NCBI GenBank assembly: GCA_965277405.1
Contig: OZ255726.1
Coordinates: 1,696,001 to 1,760,000 of the forward strand
DNA length: 64,000 nt
Reading direction: 5' to 3'
Source: Gammaproteobacteria bacterium
GTDB lineage: Bacteria > Pseudomonadota > Gammaproteobacteria > G965277405
Below, in pieces: positions 38,080 to 48,409 of the stretch; the stretch's first letter is position 1; every line of letters begins with the position of its first letter. The translations under genes were made by a program, and so were the position numbers. The notes beneath the pieces were generated by a model. The model was not told the origin of the DNA. It ran no database searches and saw nothing but the letters and a program-made list of their open reading frames with translations.

Positions 38080-40482
38080 GTGAGTCCATTGCAAGTACGC
38101 ACGGCATATGGTATTGCATATACTGCTGCATTGCTGCTGTCATTGCTTATCCATGCAGCCGATGTCGTGAACATTGACCAGACCCGCAGCACCGTTGCCA
38201 ATAATCCTTATCACCGTTTAGGTTGGGTGCCAAAAAACCTCGTCGATGCCGATGTAATCGAGCGTCAACCGCTTGCATGCTCAGGAATATATACTACCAA
38301 CTTGCCAACAAAAATTAGTGGGCAAGGTGAAAGCAACGGTGTAGCAATGCTAGGAGATTCAGTTGTCAACACTGCTGATACGGTCACCATCACTGGGAAT
38401 GTCGAATTGCTTATAGATGGGGTAAAGGTATTTGCAGACAAAATTGTGGTGACTGACGGGGTGCAATTTGCAATAACTGGGAATGTGCGGATGCATACTG
38501 CACGACAAAATTTTGTGATGGAAGAGTTGTTGTATAACAAACAGACACATGTGGCAACGAGCAACAAAGCCGCAGCGATTCAAATAGATATCCATGGGTA
38601 TTACACCGTCAGTAGCATTCAACAACGTGGTGATGGGGTGGTGATACTCGGGGAAGGGACGTTTTCACTTTGCGAACCGCATGCGCAGGCATGGAGTATG
38701 TACGGTAGCCGTTACACACTCGACCGCAACATCGGCTGGGGCGAAATTGATAACTTTATCTTGCGGCTTGGCACCATACCGATTTTTTACTTACCTTATT
38801 TCCGTTTTCCCCTGGATGGCAGACGATTAACAGGGCTGCTGTATCCTGATATCCAAAGCAATCAACAAAATGGATATGTGTTTTCTCAGCCAATCTATCT
38901 TAACCTTCATCCGCAGATGGACGATACGTTGACGGTCGCAGCGTACAGTAATAACGGCTTGCTACTTGCAAATGAATTTCGGGTGCTGACAGCTGCGCAT
39001 CAAGCGAGTTTTGGCTATGCTTGGATTCGTGATCGCCAGGCAGCTGAGAGTGTTGCCAAGCCAGATGCTCAGCGCAGTGAAATGTCTGTGGTGTATGCAG
39101 GTGGCCGCAACCGTCCATGGTCAACAAGCATTGATTATACGCAGTCGAGTGATCGATATTTTTATGAGGATTTGAATCGAGCCAGCCCCAGCGGCCACCA
39201 ATACCTGATTCAGCGTGCCGATGCTGGGTATATCACCGCAAACACCTCAATTTCAGCAAGTGTGCAAAAATCACAACCGCTGCAACAAACAGCGAAGTCG
39301 TATGAACGTGTTCCCGAAATAACGCTGCACTGGGGCCGCTCGTTTGCTGGAATGTCGTTGGCATGGATGTCGCAGTACACTGCTTTTGACCGCGGCATCG
39401 ACCCAACAGCAGCGCAGCTAGCAAGTGGCTATGATACAAAAGTCAAGCGCACAGTGCAGTATGGATACGTCAACCTGCCGCTGTATTCACGACCATGGTT
39501 GCATATGAACGCCATTATTGATGGCTATCAACGGCAATATAACTATACAGACAGACCCGCGTTACAACAGCAAGCAGCAACCACCTTCATCCCGCGTTAT
39601 TCGCTGACGTCAACGGTCACTTTAGACCGAAAAATTGCATATAAAACAAATCAATATTTGGTGTCAATTCAACCAGAAATCACCTATTTATACGTCCCGG
39701 CTGTTGACCAAAATGGAATTGTACGGATGGATGCTAGCGAGCCGATTTTCCGCAATGCAGCGTTGTTTACCCGCAATCGGTTTCAAGGAATCGATGTAAT
39801 TGGTGACACCAACCAAGCCTCTTTTTCTGTAACATCACGAGTGTTTAGCGAAAATGGTGACGAGCTGGTGGTTGCCCGCGCAGGATTTCTAGAATATTTT
39901 GCTGACCGCAAGACGACGCTCATCGCCAATAACAGCGCACAACAGCGGTCGCTTGACTACACGCGCCAGCGCTCGCCATTTGCGTATGAATTGCAGTTGC
40001 GGCTCTTAGACAAAACAACAATCAACGCTGAATTTATTCATGACCCACGCCGCAATACATTGCGGTATACCTCATTGCGGATGCAAACATGGTTAGACGC
40101 GCGGAGTGTGGTAAATGCTGGTTTTTTGCAGGATACAACGTCTGCTGTTGATGCACAAACCCAAACAATCGATATCTCTGGATTCGTGCAAGTTTCATCA
40201 CAATGGAGTGTGTATGGGCGCAGTTATTATGACGTGCTTGCACAACGCTTTGATGAAAATTTATTTGGAGTTGAATACGCAGGTTGCTGCTGGGTATTTC
40301 GAGTTGCAGGGCTCAAGCGCCAGGCAACGAGCACAGTTGCTGCAGAAAACGTGGTGATGGTGTCGTATGAGTTTAAACGGCTTGGCAGGGTGGAAGGTAA
40401 AATCGGCAAATACAGTGTGGACTTACACGAAAAGCTCAGAACCAGTATCGCGGGATTCGACCGTCGCGCCGTGTTTGAATAG
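38080..40482 (+). CDS. lptD: LPS assembly protein LptD
   Basis: FSLCEP, PIFYLPYFRFP..RLTGLLYP, LFTRNRFQGID, EYAGCCW. Confidence 0.88.
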   Translation: MSPLQVRTAYGIAYTAALLLSLLIHAADVVNIDQTRSTVANNPYHRLGWVPKNLVDADVIERQPLACSGIYTTNLPTKISGQGESNGVAMLGDSVVNTADTVTITGNVELLIDGVKVFADKIVVTDGVQFAITGNVRMHTARQNFVMEELLYNKQTHVATSNKAAAIQIDIHGYYTVSSIQQRGDGVVILGEGTFSLCEPHAQAWSMYGSRYTLDRNIGWGEIDNFILRLGTIPIFYLPYFRFPLDGRRLTGLLYPDIQSNQQNGYVFSQPIYLNLHPQMDDTLTVAAYSNNGLLLANEFRVLTAAHQASFGYAWIRDRQAAESVAKPDAQRSEMSVVYAGGRNRPWSTSIDYTQSSDRYFYEDLNRASPSGHQYLIQRADAGYITANTSISASVQKSQPLQQTAKSYERVPEITLHWGRSFAGMSLAWMSQYTAFDRGIDPTAAQLASGYDTKVKRTVQYGYVNLPLYSRPWLHMNAIIDGYQRQYNYTDRPALQQQAATTFIPRYSLTSTVTLDRKIAYKTNQYLVSIQPEITYLYVPAVDQNGIVRMDASEPIFRNAALFTRNRFQGIDVIGDTNQASFSVTSRVFSENGDELVVARAGFLEYFADRKTTLIANNSAQQRSLDYTRQRSPFAYELQLRLLDKTTINAEFIHDPRRNTLRYTSLRMQTWLDARSVVNAGFLQDTTSAVDAQTQTIDISGFVQVSSQWSVYGRSYYDVLAQRFDENLFGVEYAGCCWVFRVAGLKRQATSTVAAENVVMVSYEFKRLGRVEGKIGKYSVDLHEKLRTSIAGFDRRAVFE

Positions 40483-40602
40483 CAATTGAAATCCGCCTAT
40501 CATTGCGTTACATTGCAACCAGCTAATCAATTTGCTGTGTTGTTATGTGTTGTTAGCAACTAGGCGTTGGTGTTCTAAGGATTCTTTTGCAGGAGTTGTT
40601 CC

Positions 40603-41994
40603 ATGTTGTATCCCATTATTAACTTAGTGGTTTTTTCTTTGTTAATCGTGCTGTTGTTTAAACAGCAACAATCACAAAAAACGTTATCTGCTCGCGTGTT
40701 TACTGGTTTAGGGCTAGGTGTTGGCTTTGGTATGGCATTGCAGTTGTTGTATGGCGTTGGCAGTGCTGAGTCAACAGTGACGTTAGAATATGTGAATATC
40801 GTCGGTTCAGGCTACGTTAGCTTGCTGAAGATGATTATTATGCCGCTGATTCTCGTGTCTATTATTGGTGCAATTATTAAGGTGAAAGACACTGGGTCAT
40901 TAGGCAAGATGTCGGGTTTTATTATCGGTATTTTGCTGGCGACTACAGCTGTCTCTGCATTGATCGGGGTGTTTGTTAGTAATTTGTTCGGTTTATCTGC
41001 TGATGGAATCGTCCAAGGCGCTCGTGAAATGGCACGAGGTGTCGTGTTAGAAACCCGTTTGGACGGCTTGGCTGATGTGTCTTTTGCCGACATGATTCGA
41101 TCTTTCTTTCCAGGCAATCCTTTCGCAGACCTTGCTGGTAGCCGCCCAACGTCGACGATTGCCGTGGTGATTTTTGCGGCGTTTGTGGGCGTTGCAGCGG
41201 TAACTGTTGCGCGTACGTCGCCAGCAATTGGCGCAAGATTTGAGAGTTTCGTCGATGTAGCGCAAGCTATTGTGCGTAGATTGGTCGATATGGTGTTGAG
41301 TTTGACTCCGTATGGTATTTTAGCGTTGATGACACAAGTCGTTGCGGCTTCCAATGTGGCTGATATTTTAACGCTGCTAAATTTTGTTGTGGCATCGTAT
41401 GTGGGGTTGGCGCTGATTGTTGTTATGCATTTGTGTTTGCTGGCGTGCAATGGCATTGCTCCGCTTCGTTATGTTAAAAAAGTCCTGCCGGTATTATTGT
41501 TTGCGTTCACTTCGCGGTCGAGTGCAGCAACGATTCCATTAAATATCGATACGCAGGTCAAGAGTTTGGGGAATGGTGCGGGCGAAGCTAATTTCTCTGC
41601 ATCGTTTGGTGCGACCATTGGACAAAACGGCTGTGCTGGATTATACCCTGCGATGTTGGCGGTAATGATTGCGCCGAGCATGGGTATCAACCCGCTTGAC
41701 CCTAGTTTTATTATTTCACTAATTGCCATTGTGACGATCAGTTCTTTTGGAATCGCGGGGATTGGTGGCGGAGCCACTTTTGCTGCTTTGATCGTATTGT
41801 CTGCGTTAGACATGCCAGTGGCGTTAGCTGGTTTGCTGATTTCGATTGAGCCTTTAATCGACATGGGGCGTACGGCTGTTAATGTGAATGGTGCAATGAC
41901 AGCAGGGAGTATTACGTCTAAGTGGCTTGGTCATTCCGCTGTGAATACGTTTGCACAAGATGGAACGGCGCGGGTTGATCCGCAAAACAGTTGA
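40603..41994 (+). CDS. tcyP: L-cystine transporter (DAACS family)
   Basis: FAFTSRSSAATIP, GATIGQNGCAG, GIGGGATFAA, IEPLIDMGRT. Confidence 0.9.
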   Translation: MLYPIINLVVFSLLIVLLFKQQQSQKTLSARVFTGLGLGVGFGMALQLLYGVGSAESTVTLEYVNIVGSGYVSLLKMIIMPLILVSIIGAIIKVKDTGSLGKMSGFIIGILLATTAVSALIGVFVSNLFGLSADGIVQGAREMARGVVLETRLDGLADVSFADMIRSFFPGNPFADLAGSRPTSTIAVVIFAAFVGVAAVTVARTSPAIGARFESFVDVAQAIVRRLVDMVLSLTPYGILALMTQVVAASNVADILTLLNFVVASYVGLALIVVMHLCLLACNGIAPLRYVKKVLPVLLFAFTSRSSAATIPLNIDTQVKSLGNGAGEANFSASFGATIGQNGCAGLYPAMLAVMIAPSMGINPLDPSFIISLIAIVTISSFGIAGIGGGATFAALIVLSALDMPVALAGLLISIEPLIDMGRTAVNVNGAMTAGSITSKWLGHSAVNTFAQDGTARVDPQNS

Positions 41995-42140
41995 CAATAA
42001 TGTTGTGATGAGCGGGCGTATTTAAAGCCATTCCGGTGGCTTATTGTTTTTGCAATACGCGCGAAAAGCGATGTTGTTAACGCTGCAATTGTTACGGAGA
42101 AAATGGGGTTACTCCGCATCAATTATACCATACACGCAGC

Positions 42141-42740
42141 CTACACCATAGATGCAACAAGCGCGCGGGCTTGGCGCTGGTAGTCGGCGTTGATTTGTCG
42201 TGATACAATGATTCCAAGCAGTTGCTCAAGCGCTTGAGCGATAGTGGTATTGACGACAAGGTAGTCAGCTTGGCTTGTTTTGCCAATATCGAGCGTCGCT
42301 TCTTGCAGGCGGATGCGTTGCTGTGCTGCGCTATCGCTATTTCTTCCTTGTAAGCGTTGCGCCAACACTGCCAGCGACGGCGGGATAATGCCAATCAGCG
42401 TTGCCTGCGGAAACGCAGCACGGACTTGAAATGCTCCTTGCCAGTCGATTTCTAACACTGGGCTCTTGCCTTGTAAGTGAATCCGAGTAATTTCACTTGT
42501 ATGGGTACCATAGTAATGGTTAAACACTACAGCATGCTCAGCCAATGCATCCGCAGCAATCAACTGCTTAAACTGTTGCTTGGTGGTAAAATAATAATCG
42601 ACACCGTCTTGCTCGTTGCGGCGCATTGGTCTGGTGGTGTGTGATATAGCCAACCTAACGGTTGCGGTTGCGGTGCGCAACGCGCGCACCAATGTTGTTT
42701 TGCCAGTTCCAGATGGTGCGTAAATAACAAATAAATCCAT
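42141..42740 (-). CDS. gmk: Guanylate kinase (start ATG 42740)
   Basis: APSGTGKTT, SHTTRPMRRNEQDGVDYYF, YYGT, LEIDWQGA, IPPS. Confidence 0.93.
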   Translation of the reverse strand: MDLFVIYAPSGTGKTTLVRALRTATATVRLAISHTTRPMRRNEQDGVDYYFTTKQQFKQLIAADALAEHAVVFNHYYGTHTSEITRIHLQGKSPVLEIDWQGAFQVRAAFPQATLIGIIPPSLAVLAQRLQGRNSDSAAQQRIRLQEATLDIGKTSQADYLVVNTTIAQALEQLLGIIVSRQINADYQRQARALVASMV

Positions 42741-42743
42741 TAA

Positions 42744-42936
42744 GGCACCTCTGAATAACGCGTTGATGGCTCGAGTTTGTCGGCAAATTCTGCCGATTAC
42801 CAAGCACACACCATAGCTTATATAGCACTGGGCGCAATATCACAAGCAGCGCGTTTACCGTAAACCATATAATATCGCTAGTGTTAGCTGCGTACTTTGC
42901 TACGACTCACCCATCATGGCATTATGCACGGGTGTT
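42744..42936 (+). mobile_element. Degenerate MITE-family copy (about 193 bp)
   Basis: Left end GGCACCTCTGAATAACGCGTTGATGGCTCGAGTTTG and right end CTCACCCATCATGGCATTATGCACGGGTGTT align to the ends of the long copies; flanked by TTAA and ATAA. Confidence 0.7.
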
Positions 42937-43396
42937 ATAACACTACTCAGCAGATAGAGCTGAACGCTCCAATTGACAATACTCATCGATACATTTCAGT
43001 CATTATCACAGCAGCTGTGGCCAGCAGCAGCACTGCTCGTAAGGGATTCAGGGGCAAAACAACGTTCAGCTATAACACTCAATTGCTGCCAAACCGTAGC
43101 CGATATTCGCAGCGGAGCATTGCATGGCGTTGCCGCTGTGAACCTCGACATCTGAGGTCGAGCCAATGAGCAAGAGTTACATTATTTTGGTTGAATACAG
43201 GGCTGAATGGTGCAGCTATACATATGTCTAACAACATCTGTCATCGCGGCTAAAAAGGACTGTTGCATACACGATTGTTAGCACTACGAACACGAGATGA
43301 TTATTGGGTTAATCCTGCGTTATTTTTTAATGCGATAGAGTTGCTTTTGTGCGGGGAGTGTCGGCGCAAACGAGCGATTACGCACAGTAAAAAAAC

Positions 43397-43432
43397 TTGA
43401 CAATAGCATTCGCTGTATACACAATGAATGCT
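43397..43432 (+). promoter_or_regulatory. Sigma-70 promoter with overlapping palindromic operator for the TA pair
   Basis: TTGACA-17 nt-CACAAT; imperfect palindrome AGCATTCgcTGTaTAcACAatGAATGCT (43405-43432). Confidence 0.7.
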
Positions 43433-43723
43433 GTGAGCAAAATTATAAGATGGGACATAAAAAAATCTACGTGGTTAAGGGGAAGCTCTGCAAGAGGAGG
43501 TATTGGCTTTGAAGAGTGTGTTGTTCTCATAGAGGCAGGACAGATACTTGATAGTATTGATAATCCTAGTGCGAACCATTCATGCCAAAAAGTTTTTGTA
43601 CTGGATATTGATAGTTATGTATATTTAGTCCCGTATGTCGAGACCGATGCAGAAATATTCCTCAAAACCCTGTATCCAAGCCGCAAGCATACCGCTATTT
43701 ATTTAAGTAAGGAAAAAACATGA
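43424..43723 (+). CDS. BrnT-like (RelE-fold) toxin; start ATG 43424 or GTG 43433
   Basis: WDIKKS..L...RGGIGFEE, YVYLVPYVE..IFLKTLYPSRK; ATGA overlap with the partner gene. Confidence 0.8.
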   Translation: MNAVSKIIRWDIKKSTWLRGSSARGGIGFEECVVLIEAGQILDSIDNPSANHSCQKVFVLDIDSYVYLVPYVETDAEIFLKTLYPSRKHTAIYLSKEKT

Positions 43724-44013
43724 AAAAAGAACCCTATGTAACAGACTACTACGACGATGAGGAAAAAGACCTTATCGAAAACATGGAAAATGCTATCAAC
43801 AAAGATGATTACGCTCCGCTGAGCAATCTCACGGCTGAACGTTTAGAGGGCTTGCGTGAAGTTGCAAAAAACACATTGAACGAAAAAACAACGCAAATTA
43901 CGTTGAGAGTACCCCATACTGACCTTGTGCGCTTGAAGGCACAGGCTATGCGTGAAGGCATACCCTATCAAACTTGGATGAAATCTATTTTGCATAAATC
44001 AGTATCTTCTTGA
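43720..44013 (+). CDS. BrnA/CopG-like ribbon-helix-helix antitoxin
   Basis: Acidic N-terminus DDEEKDLIE; ITLRV..DL..LK..A.REGIPYQT..KSILHK. Confidence 0.82.
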   Translation: MKKEPYVTDYYDDEEKDLIENMENAINKDDYAPLSNLTAERLEGLREVAKNTLNEKTTQITLRVPHTDLVRLKAQAMREGIPYQTWMKSILHKSVSS

Positions 44014-44379
44014 AAATTAAAAACAACTCATTTACAGATTAGAATAATTATAGTTAACAGGTTATATAGTAAGTTTTATTTTTTGTAGACCTACAGTCAG
44101 AGCGCAGCTGCAGCAAAGAATCTTCAGCTGACTGGGTTTTAACGTGGCTCAAAACCTACATCGCCAGCACAATGGTTTGTTCCTTTGGGGAAATATCAAC
44201 CACCTAATCAATGTTGTGATTTGTGCAATTCTCAAGTTAGCTGAATGACTGTTACTCTCGTTAATACCATACGGTCAAAGCAAACGGAGTTATATAAGGT
44301 GAATGACCAGTGATTATAAGTGATTATAAACGCAGCAATCTTATCAGCTGGGTCTGGATTGTCACATGAGATATATTGC

Positions 44380-45177
44380 TCATTGCAGTTGTAGCGGTAG
44401 CCCGGTGATTGTTTGTGCTGGCAGTCGCCATGACGATGGGTAGCCGGTTTGTAAAAAATACAGCCCGTTCGCTGCAATTGTAGGAATACGTTGGTCGCGA
44501 ATTCCAGTTTTGAATATCGTTAGTGCTCGGTCGATGGTGAGTGTGGCGCAGCCAACAGCGAGCAGCATGCCGATGAGGATACGAATCATATTATGCAAGA
44601 AAGCGTCTGCTTGAATATCGACTGCGAGCCAGTTGTCTTGTTTGATGATGTTGATGTAGTGAATATTACGCACGGAGATATGCGATTGACAACTACTCGA
44701 GCGCATCGCCGCCCAATCTTGGCTGCCAAGTAGGGCGTTGGCAAGCGTTTGCATTGTTGCGATGTCAAGCGCTTGGCGCCGCCAGAGTGTGTGCTGTTGC
44801 CAGAGTGCATTTGGTACAGGAGCATGCCATATTAGGTATGCGTAACGGCGGTGAATTGCGCTAAAGCGCGCATGAAAGTTTGCATCAATAGCCACAATCC
44901 AATTGATGCAAATATCGTTGGGAAGGACTGCGTTGCAGCCACGCAGCAAGGTGTTGCTGTCGATAGGTCGGCAGTCAAAGTGAATAATTTGATTGAGCGC
45001 GTGGACCCCAGCGTCGGTGCGTCCAGATGCGGTTGCCAGGACCGCTTGGTTGGTAATTTGGCTGAGCGATTTGCTGATATGCGCGGCAATATTTGTTACA
45101 TTTGGTTGAATTTGCCAGCCATGGTAGCCACTACCATCGTAGCTGATAGATGCGCAATAACGTTGAGTTTCATTCAT
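44380..45177 (-). CDS. truA: tRNA pseudouridine(38-40) synthase
   Basis: YDGSGYHGWQ, SGRTDAGVHA, FHARFSA, AFLHNMIR. Confidence 0.94.
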   Translation of the reverse strand: MNETQRYCASISYDGSGYHGWQIQPNVTNIAAHISKSLSQITNQAVLATASGRTDAGVHALNQIIHFDCRPIDSNTLLRGCNAVLPNDICINWIVAIDANFHARFSAIHRRYAYLIWHAPVPNALWQQHTLWRRQALDIATMQTLANALLGSQDWAAMRSSSCQSHISVRNIHYINIIKQDNWLAVDIQADAFLHNMIRILIGMLLAVGCATLTIDRALTIFKTGIRDQRIPTIAANGLYFLQTGYPSSWRLPAQTITGLPLQLQ

Positions 45178-45302
45178 TGGCTTGTTATATTTTGGTTGGG
45201 AATGGTTGCAACAACAGGGTTACAGAAAAACATGGTAAATTAGTTCCACAAGCGGCGGGACTGCATACAATGCCGCGCATTCGCATAAGGCAGACACAGC
45301 GC

Positions 45303-45405
45303 ATGCATACATGTATTTATGTATACATGTATTTATGCATACATGTATTTATGCATACATGTATTTATGCATACATGTATTTATGCATACATGTATTTAT
45401 GCATA
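45303..45405. repeat. 16-bp tandem repeat, about 6.4 copies
   Basis: ATGCATACATGTATTT x6 (one copy with C>T) plus ATGCATA. Confidence 0.95.
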
Positions 45406-45417
45406 AAAGCGCACATA

Positions 45418-45492
45418 TATTATAAAGCAACCATAATTCTACTATTATAAAGCAACCATAACTCTACTATTTTAAAGTAAACATAACGCTAC
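45418..45492 (+). repeat. 25-bp tandem repeat x3 abutting the nqrA ATG
   Basis: TATTATAAAGCAACCATAATTCTAC / TATTATAAAGCAACCATAACTCTAC / TATTTTAAAGTAAACATAACGCTAC. Confidence 0.9.
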
Positions 45493-46848
45493 ATGCATAT
45501 TAAAAATGGTCTGGATATTCCGCTAACAGGGCATCCACAACAAACGATAGTCGTCACCAAAAGCACGAATACTGTCGGGGTAGTTGCTGCTGATTTTCAC
45601 GGGGTCAAGCCTGCGATGGCAGTGGGTGTGGGTGACAAGGTTAAACAAGGGCAAGTGCTGTATCGCGATAAGCGCAACTCGAAAATCACTATCAATGCGC
45701 CGGCTAGTGGTGTGGTGAGTGCTGTTAACCGCGGTCTGCGTCGGGTGTTACAAGCGGTGGTGATTGATGTTGATAAGAGCGTTGCGCCACTTGAATTTGC
45801 AAAAATGAATGCGACAGCACTTGCCAAAGCTGCGCAGCCGCCAGTGCGTCAAGTATTATTAGATTCTGGGCAATGGGCAGCGCTGCGCACCCGTCCATTT
45901 AGCCAAACTCCCGATCCTGCAACGCAGCCGCAAGCTATATTTGTTACGGCGATGGACAGCCAACCGCTGGCTGCAAACCCGCAAGTTATTCTTGAATATG
46001 GCGAAAACACCGCAATGTTTGCGCTTGGTTTGCAAGTGATGCAAGCAATCAGCACCGCGCCAATTTTTGTTGTCCATGCTGCTGAAAACACGGATTTTCC
46101 GATTACCCCGCTAAATAGGGTGCAATACCATAGCTTTAGCGGTAAACACCCGGCGGGGAATGTTGGTACGCATATGCATTTTTTAGCGCCAGTTAATAGA
46201 AATGGTGAGAATTGGCATATTGACTATCAAGATGTGATTGCCTGGGGTTATTTATTTAATTACGGTCACACGTCAAGGCAGAGATGTGTTGCCATTTCTG
46301 GACCTGTTGCGCTGAATCCATGTATTGTTGAAACTGTTCGGGGTGCGGATTTATATACGCTTTGCGCAGATGAAATGAAAGATACAGACAATGCTAGAAT
46401 CATCTCAGGTTCTGTGCTTGCTGGTCGAACCGCGACACGCGAAGCGGGCTACTTAGGGCAATTTCATAACCAAGTGACTTGCCTTGGTCACAATGATGCT
46501 CGTGAATTGTTTCACTATCTGCGGGCAGGTATCAATAAGTTTTCTGTAACCAATGCGTATATTTCTAAGCTCATAAAAAACAAAAAATTTGCGATGACGA
46601 CCAGCACCAATGGCTCTGAACGCGCGATGATGCCAATCGGCAATTATGAAAAAGTGATGCCCCTTGATATTATGCCAACTCAATTATTGCGAGCGCTGAT
46701 TGTGGGTGATATAGATACTGCGGAACAGCTTGGCTGCCTTGAGCTAGACGAAGAAGACTTGGCGCTTTGCACATTTGTATGCCCAGGAAAATATGAATAT
46801 GGGCCAATTTTGCGTGATGCCCTGCACACTATTCAAGTTGAAGGGTAA
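45493..46848 (+). CDS. nqrA: Na+-translocating NADH:quinone reductase subunit A
   Basis: IKNGLDIP, RTRPFS, HPAGNVG, ELDEEDLALCTFVCPGKYEYG. Confidence 0.95.
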   Translation: MHIKNGLDIPLTGHPQQTIVVTKSTNTVGVVAADFHGVKPAMAVGVGDKVKQGQVLYRDKRNSKITINAPASGVVSAVNRGLRRVLQAVVIDVDKSVAPLEFAKMNATALAKAAQPPVRQVLLDSGQWAALRTRPFSQTPDPATQPQAIFVTAMDSQPLAANPQVILEYGENTAMFALGLQVMQAISTAPIFVVHAAENTDFPITPLNRVQYHSFSGKHPAGNVGTHMHFLAPVNRNGENWHIDYQDVIAWGYLFNYGHTSRQRCVAISGPVALNPCIVETVRGADLYTLCADEMKDTDNARIISGSVLAGRTATREAGYLGQFHNQVTCLGHNDARELFHYLRAGINKFSVTNAYISKLIKNKKFAMTTSTNGSERAMMPIGNYEKVMPLDIMPTQLLRALIVGDIDTAEQLGCLELDEEDLALCTFVCPGKYEYGPILRDALHTIQVEG

Positions 46849-47134
46849 GGAACATCTGATCAAGTCCATGATGGGCGAGACGGAGAAAAAACGCTGATGA
46901 TAACTAGACGCAGTGCGCAGATAATACTGGTGGTATTATCAAGTGCTGCAACGACGTTAGCGCAGCGTTTTTTCCCGGCCTTCTATTGAATATATGATGG
47001 TTTGCCTACAAGCGGTACTTGCTGTGTTGCATCCCTTGGCGTATATGCTACGGCATGCGCTTAGCGGTTTGCGCCTTGCAATCATCAGCAATTGCAGGCA
47101 AACTCGCTCCATCAGCGACTTAATCAGAGGTTCC
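46849..47134 (-). mobile_element. MITE-like palindromic element, long copy 3 (286 bp, inverted)
   Basis: GGAACATCTGATCAA ... TTAATCAGAGGTTCC; reverse complement of copies 1 and 2; flanked by GTAA and ATAA. Confidence 0.9.
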
Positions 47135-47138
47135 ATAA

Positions 47139-47153
47139 GGAACATCTGATGAA
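47139..47153 (+). mobile_element. Solo terminal repeat next to copy 3
   Basis: GGAACATCTGATGAA directly after the ATAA target. Confidence 0.65.
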
Positions 47154-47182
47154 TTACGCACATTAATATCTAGGAATCTTAC

Positions 47183-48409
47183 ATGATCCGCAAAATACTG
47201 GATTCAATCCAACCACATGTCGTAACAGGCGGTAAGCATCAAAGATGGTATGCGTTGTATGAAGCCGTCGACACTATTTTTTATGCACCTGCAGACGTAA
47301 CAAAAACCACAAGCCATGTTCGTGATGCGATTGATTTGAAACGAATTATGATCGCCGTCTGGCTGTGTGCCTTCCCCGCGATGTTTTGGGGAATGTATAA
47401 CATTGGCTGGCAGGCATTGTCATTTATGGATGCCCACTCAAGCGCAACGCTTGATAATTGGCAGGGCTATGTTATCGGTGCGTTGAGCAGCTACGACGCC
47501 AATAGCATTTGGGATTGCATGGTCTACGGTGCGATGTATGTTGTCCCAATCTATGCCGTCGTGTTTATTGTTGGTGGATTTTGGGAAGTATTGTTTGCCA
47601 GTATTCGTGGACATGAAATCAATGAAGGTTTTTTTGTTACCTCAATATTGTTTACCTTGACGATGCCGCCAACAGTGCCGTTATGGCAGGCCGCGCTAGG
47701 AATTAGCTTTGGGGTGGTTATTGGCAAAGAAGTATTTGGCGGCACAGGTAAAAACTTTTTGAATCCTGCGCTGGTAGGCAGAGCATTTTTGTTTTTTGCC
47801 TACCCTGCACAAATGAGTGGCGATACAATATGGGTAGCTAGCGATGCATATAGCGGTGCCACCTTGCTATCACTCGGCTCTCAAGGCGGGGTTAATGCTA
47901 TTACCGACCACGGCTATTCATGGGCTGATGCATTTTTAGGATTTATTCCAGGTTCGAATGGTGAAGTCTCGGCATTAATGATTTTGCTTGGCGGTTTGGT
48001 GTTGTTAATTATGGGAATTGCCTCATGGCGTATCGTGCTGGGGATGTTTCTTGGGATGGTAGTGATGAGCCTGGTGTTCAATTTTATAGGTTCTAGTAGC
48101 AATGCGATGTTCGCAATGCCGCCACATTGGCATTTGGTGTTGGGTGGTTTTGCATTTGGTATGATGTTCATGGCAACAGACCCTGTCAGCGCCTCGATGA
48201 CACAAATAGGTAGGTATGTCTTCGGTGCGTTGATTGGCGTTATGGTCGTGCTGATTCGCGTCGTCAACCCTGCGTATCCCGAGGGCGTGATGTTAGCGAT
48301 ATTATTTGGTAATATTTTTGCCCCAACGATTGATAGTTTTGTGGTTCAGGCGCATGTACGCAGGCGTAATCGTCGTATTGCGTTCATTCAATCAACAATT
48401 GAGCAATGA
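47183..48409 (+). CDS. nqrB: Na+-NQR subunit B
   Basis: [22 protein letters not shown] flavinylation site, MATDPVS. Confidence 0.96.
   Translation: MIRKILDSIQPHVVTGGKHQRWYALYEAVDTIFYAPADVTKTTSHVRDAIDLKRIMIAVWLCAFPAMFWGMYNIGWQALSFMDAHSSATLDNWQGYVIGALSSYDANSIWDCMVYGAMYVVPIYAVVFIVGGFWEVLFASIRGHEINEGFFVTSILFTLTMPPTVPLWQAALGISFGVVIGKEVFGGTGKNFLNPALVGRAFLFFAYPAQMSGDTIWVASDAYSGATLLSLGSQGGVNAITDHGYSWADAFLGFIPGSNGEVSALMILLGGLVLLIMGIASWRIVLGMFLGMVVMSLVFNFIGSSSNAMFAMPPHWHLVLGGFAFGMMFMATDPVSASMTQIGRYVFGALIGVMVVLIRVVNPAYPEGVMLAILFGNIFAPTIDSFVVQAHVRRRNRRIAFIQSTIEQ

Noticed and set aside
42973-43396. Short ORFs, a CTCGAC/GTCGAG hairpin near 43143 and a GGACTGTTGCA IS-like end near 43257
   Set aside because: No convincing partner end, target duplication or protein similarity; possibly decayed DNA.
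44014-44379. Riboswitch or ncRNA downstream of the TA pair
   Set aside because: No recognisable aptamer consensus by eye; an Rfam scan would be needed.
45150-45425. 91-aa ORF with MHTCIY repeats
   Set aside because: It is a translation of the 16-bp DNA repeat.
45303-45492. CRISPR array or replication origin
   Set aside because: The repeats are contiguous with no spacers; no cas or rep genes and no clear DnaA boxes were seen.
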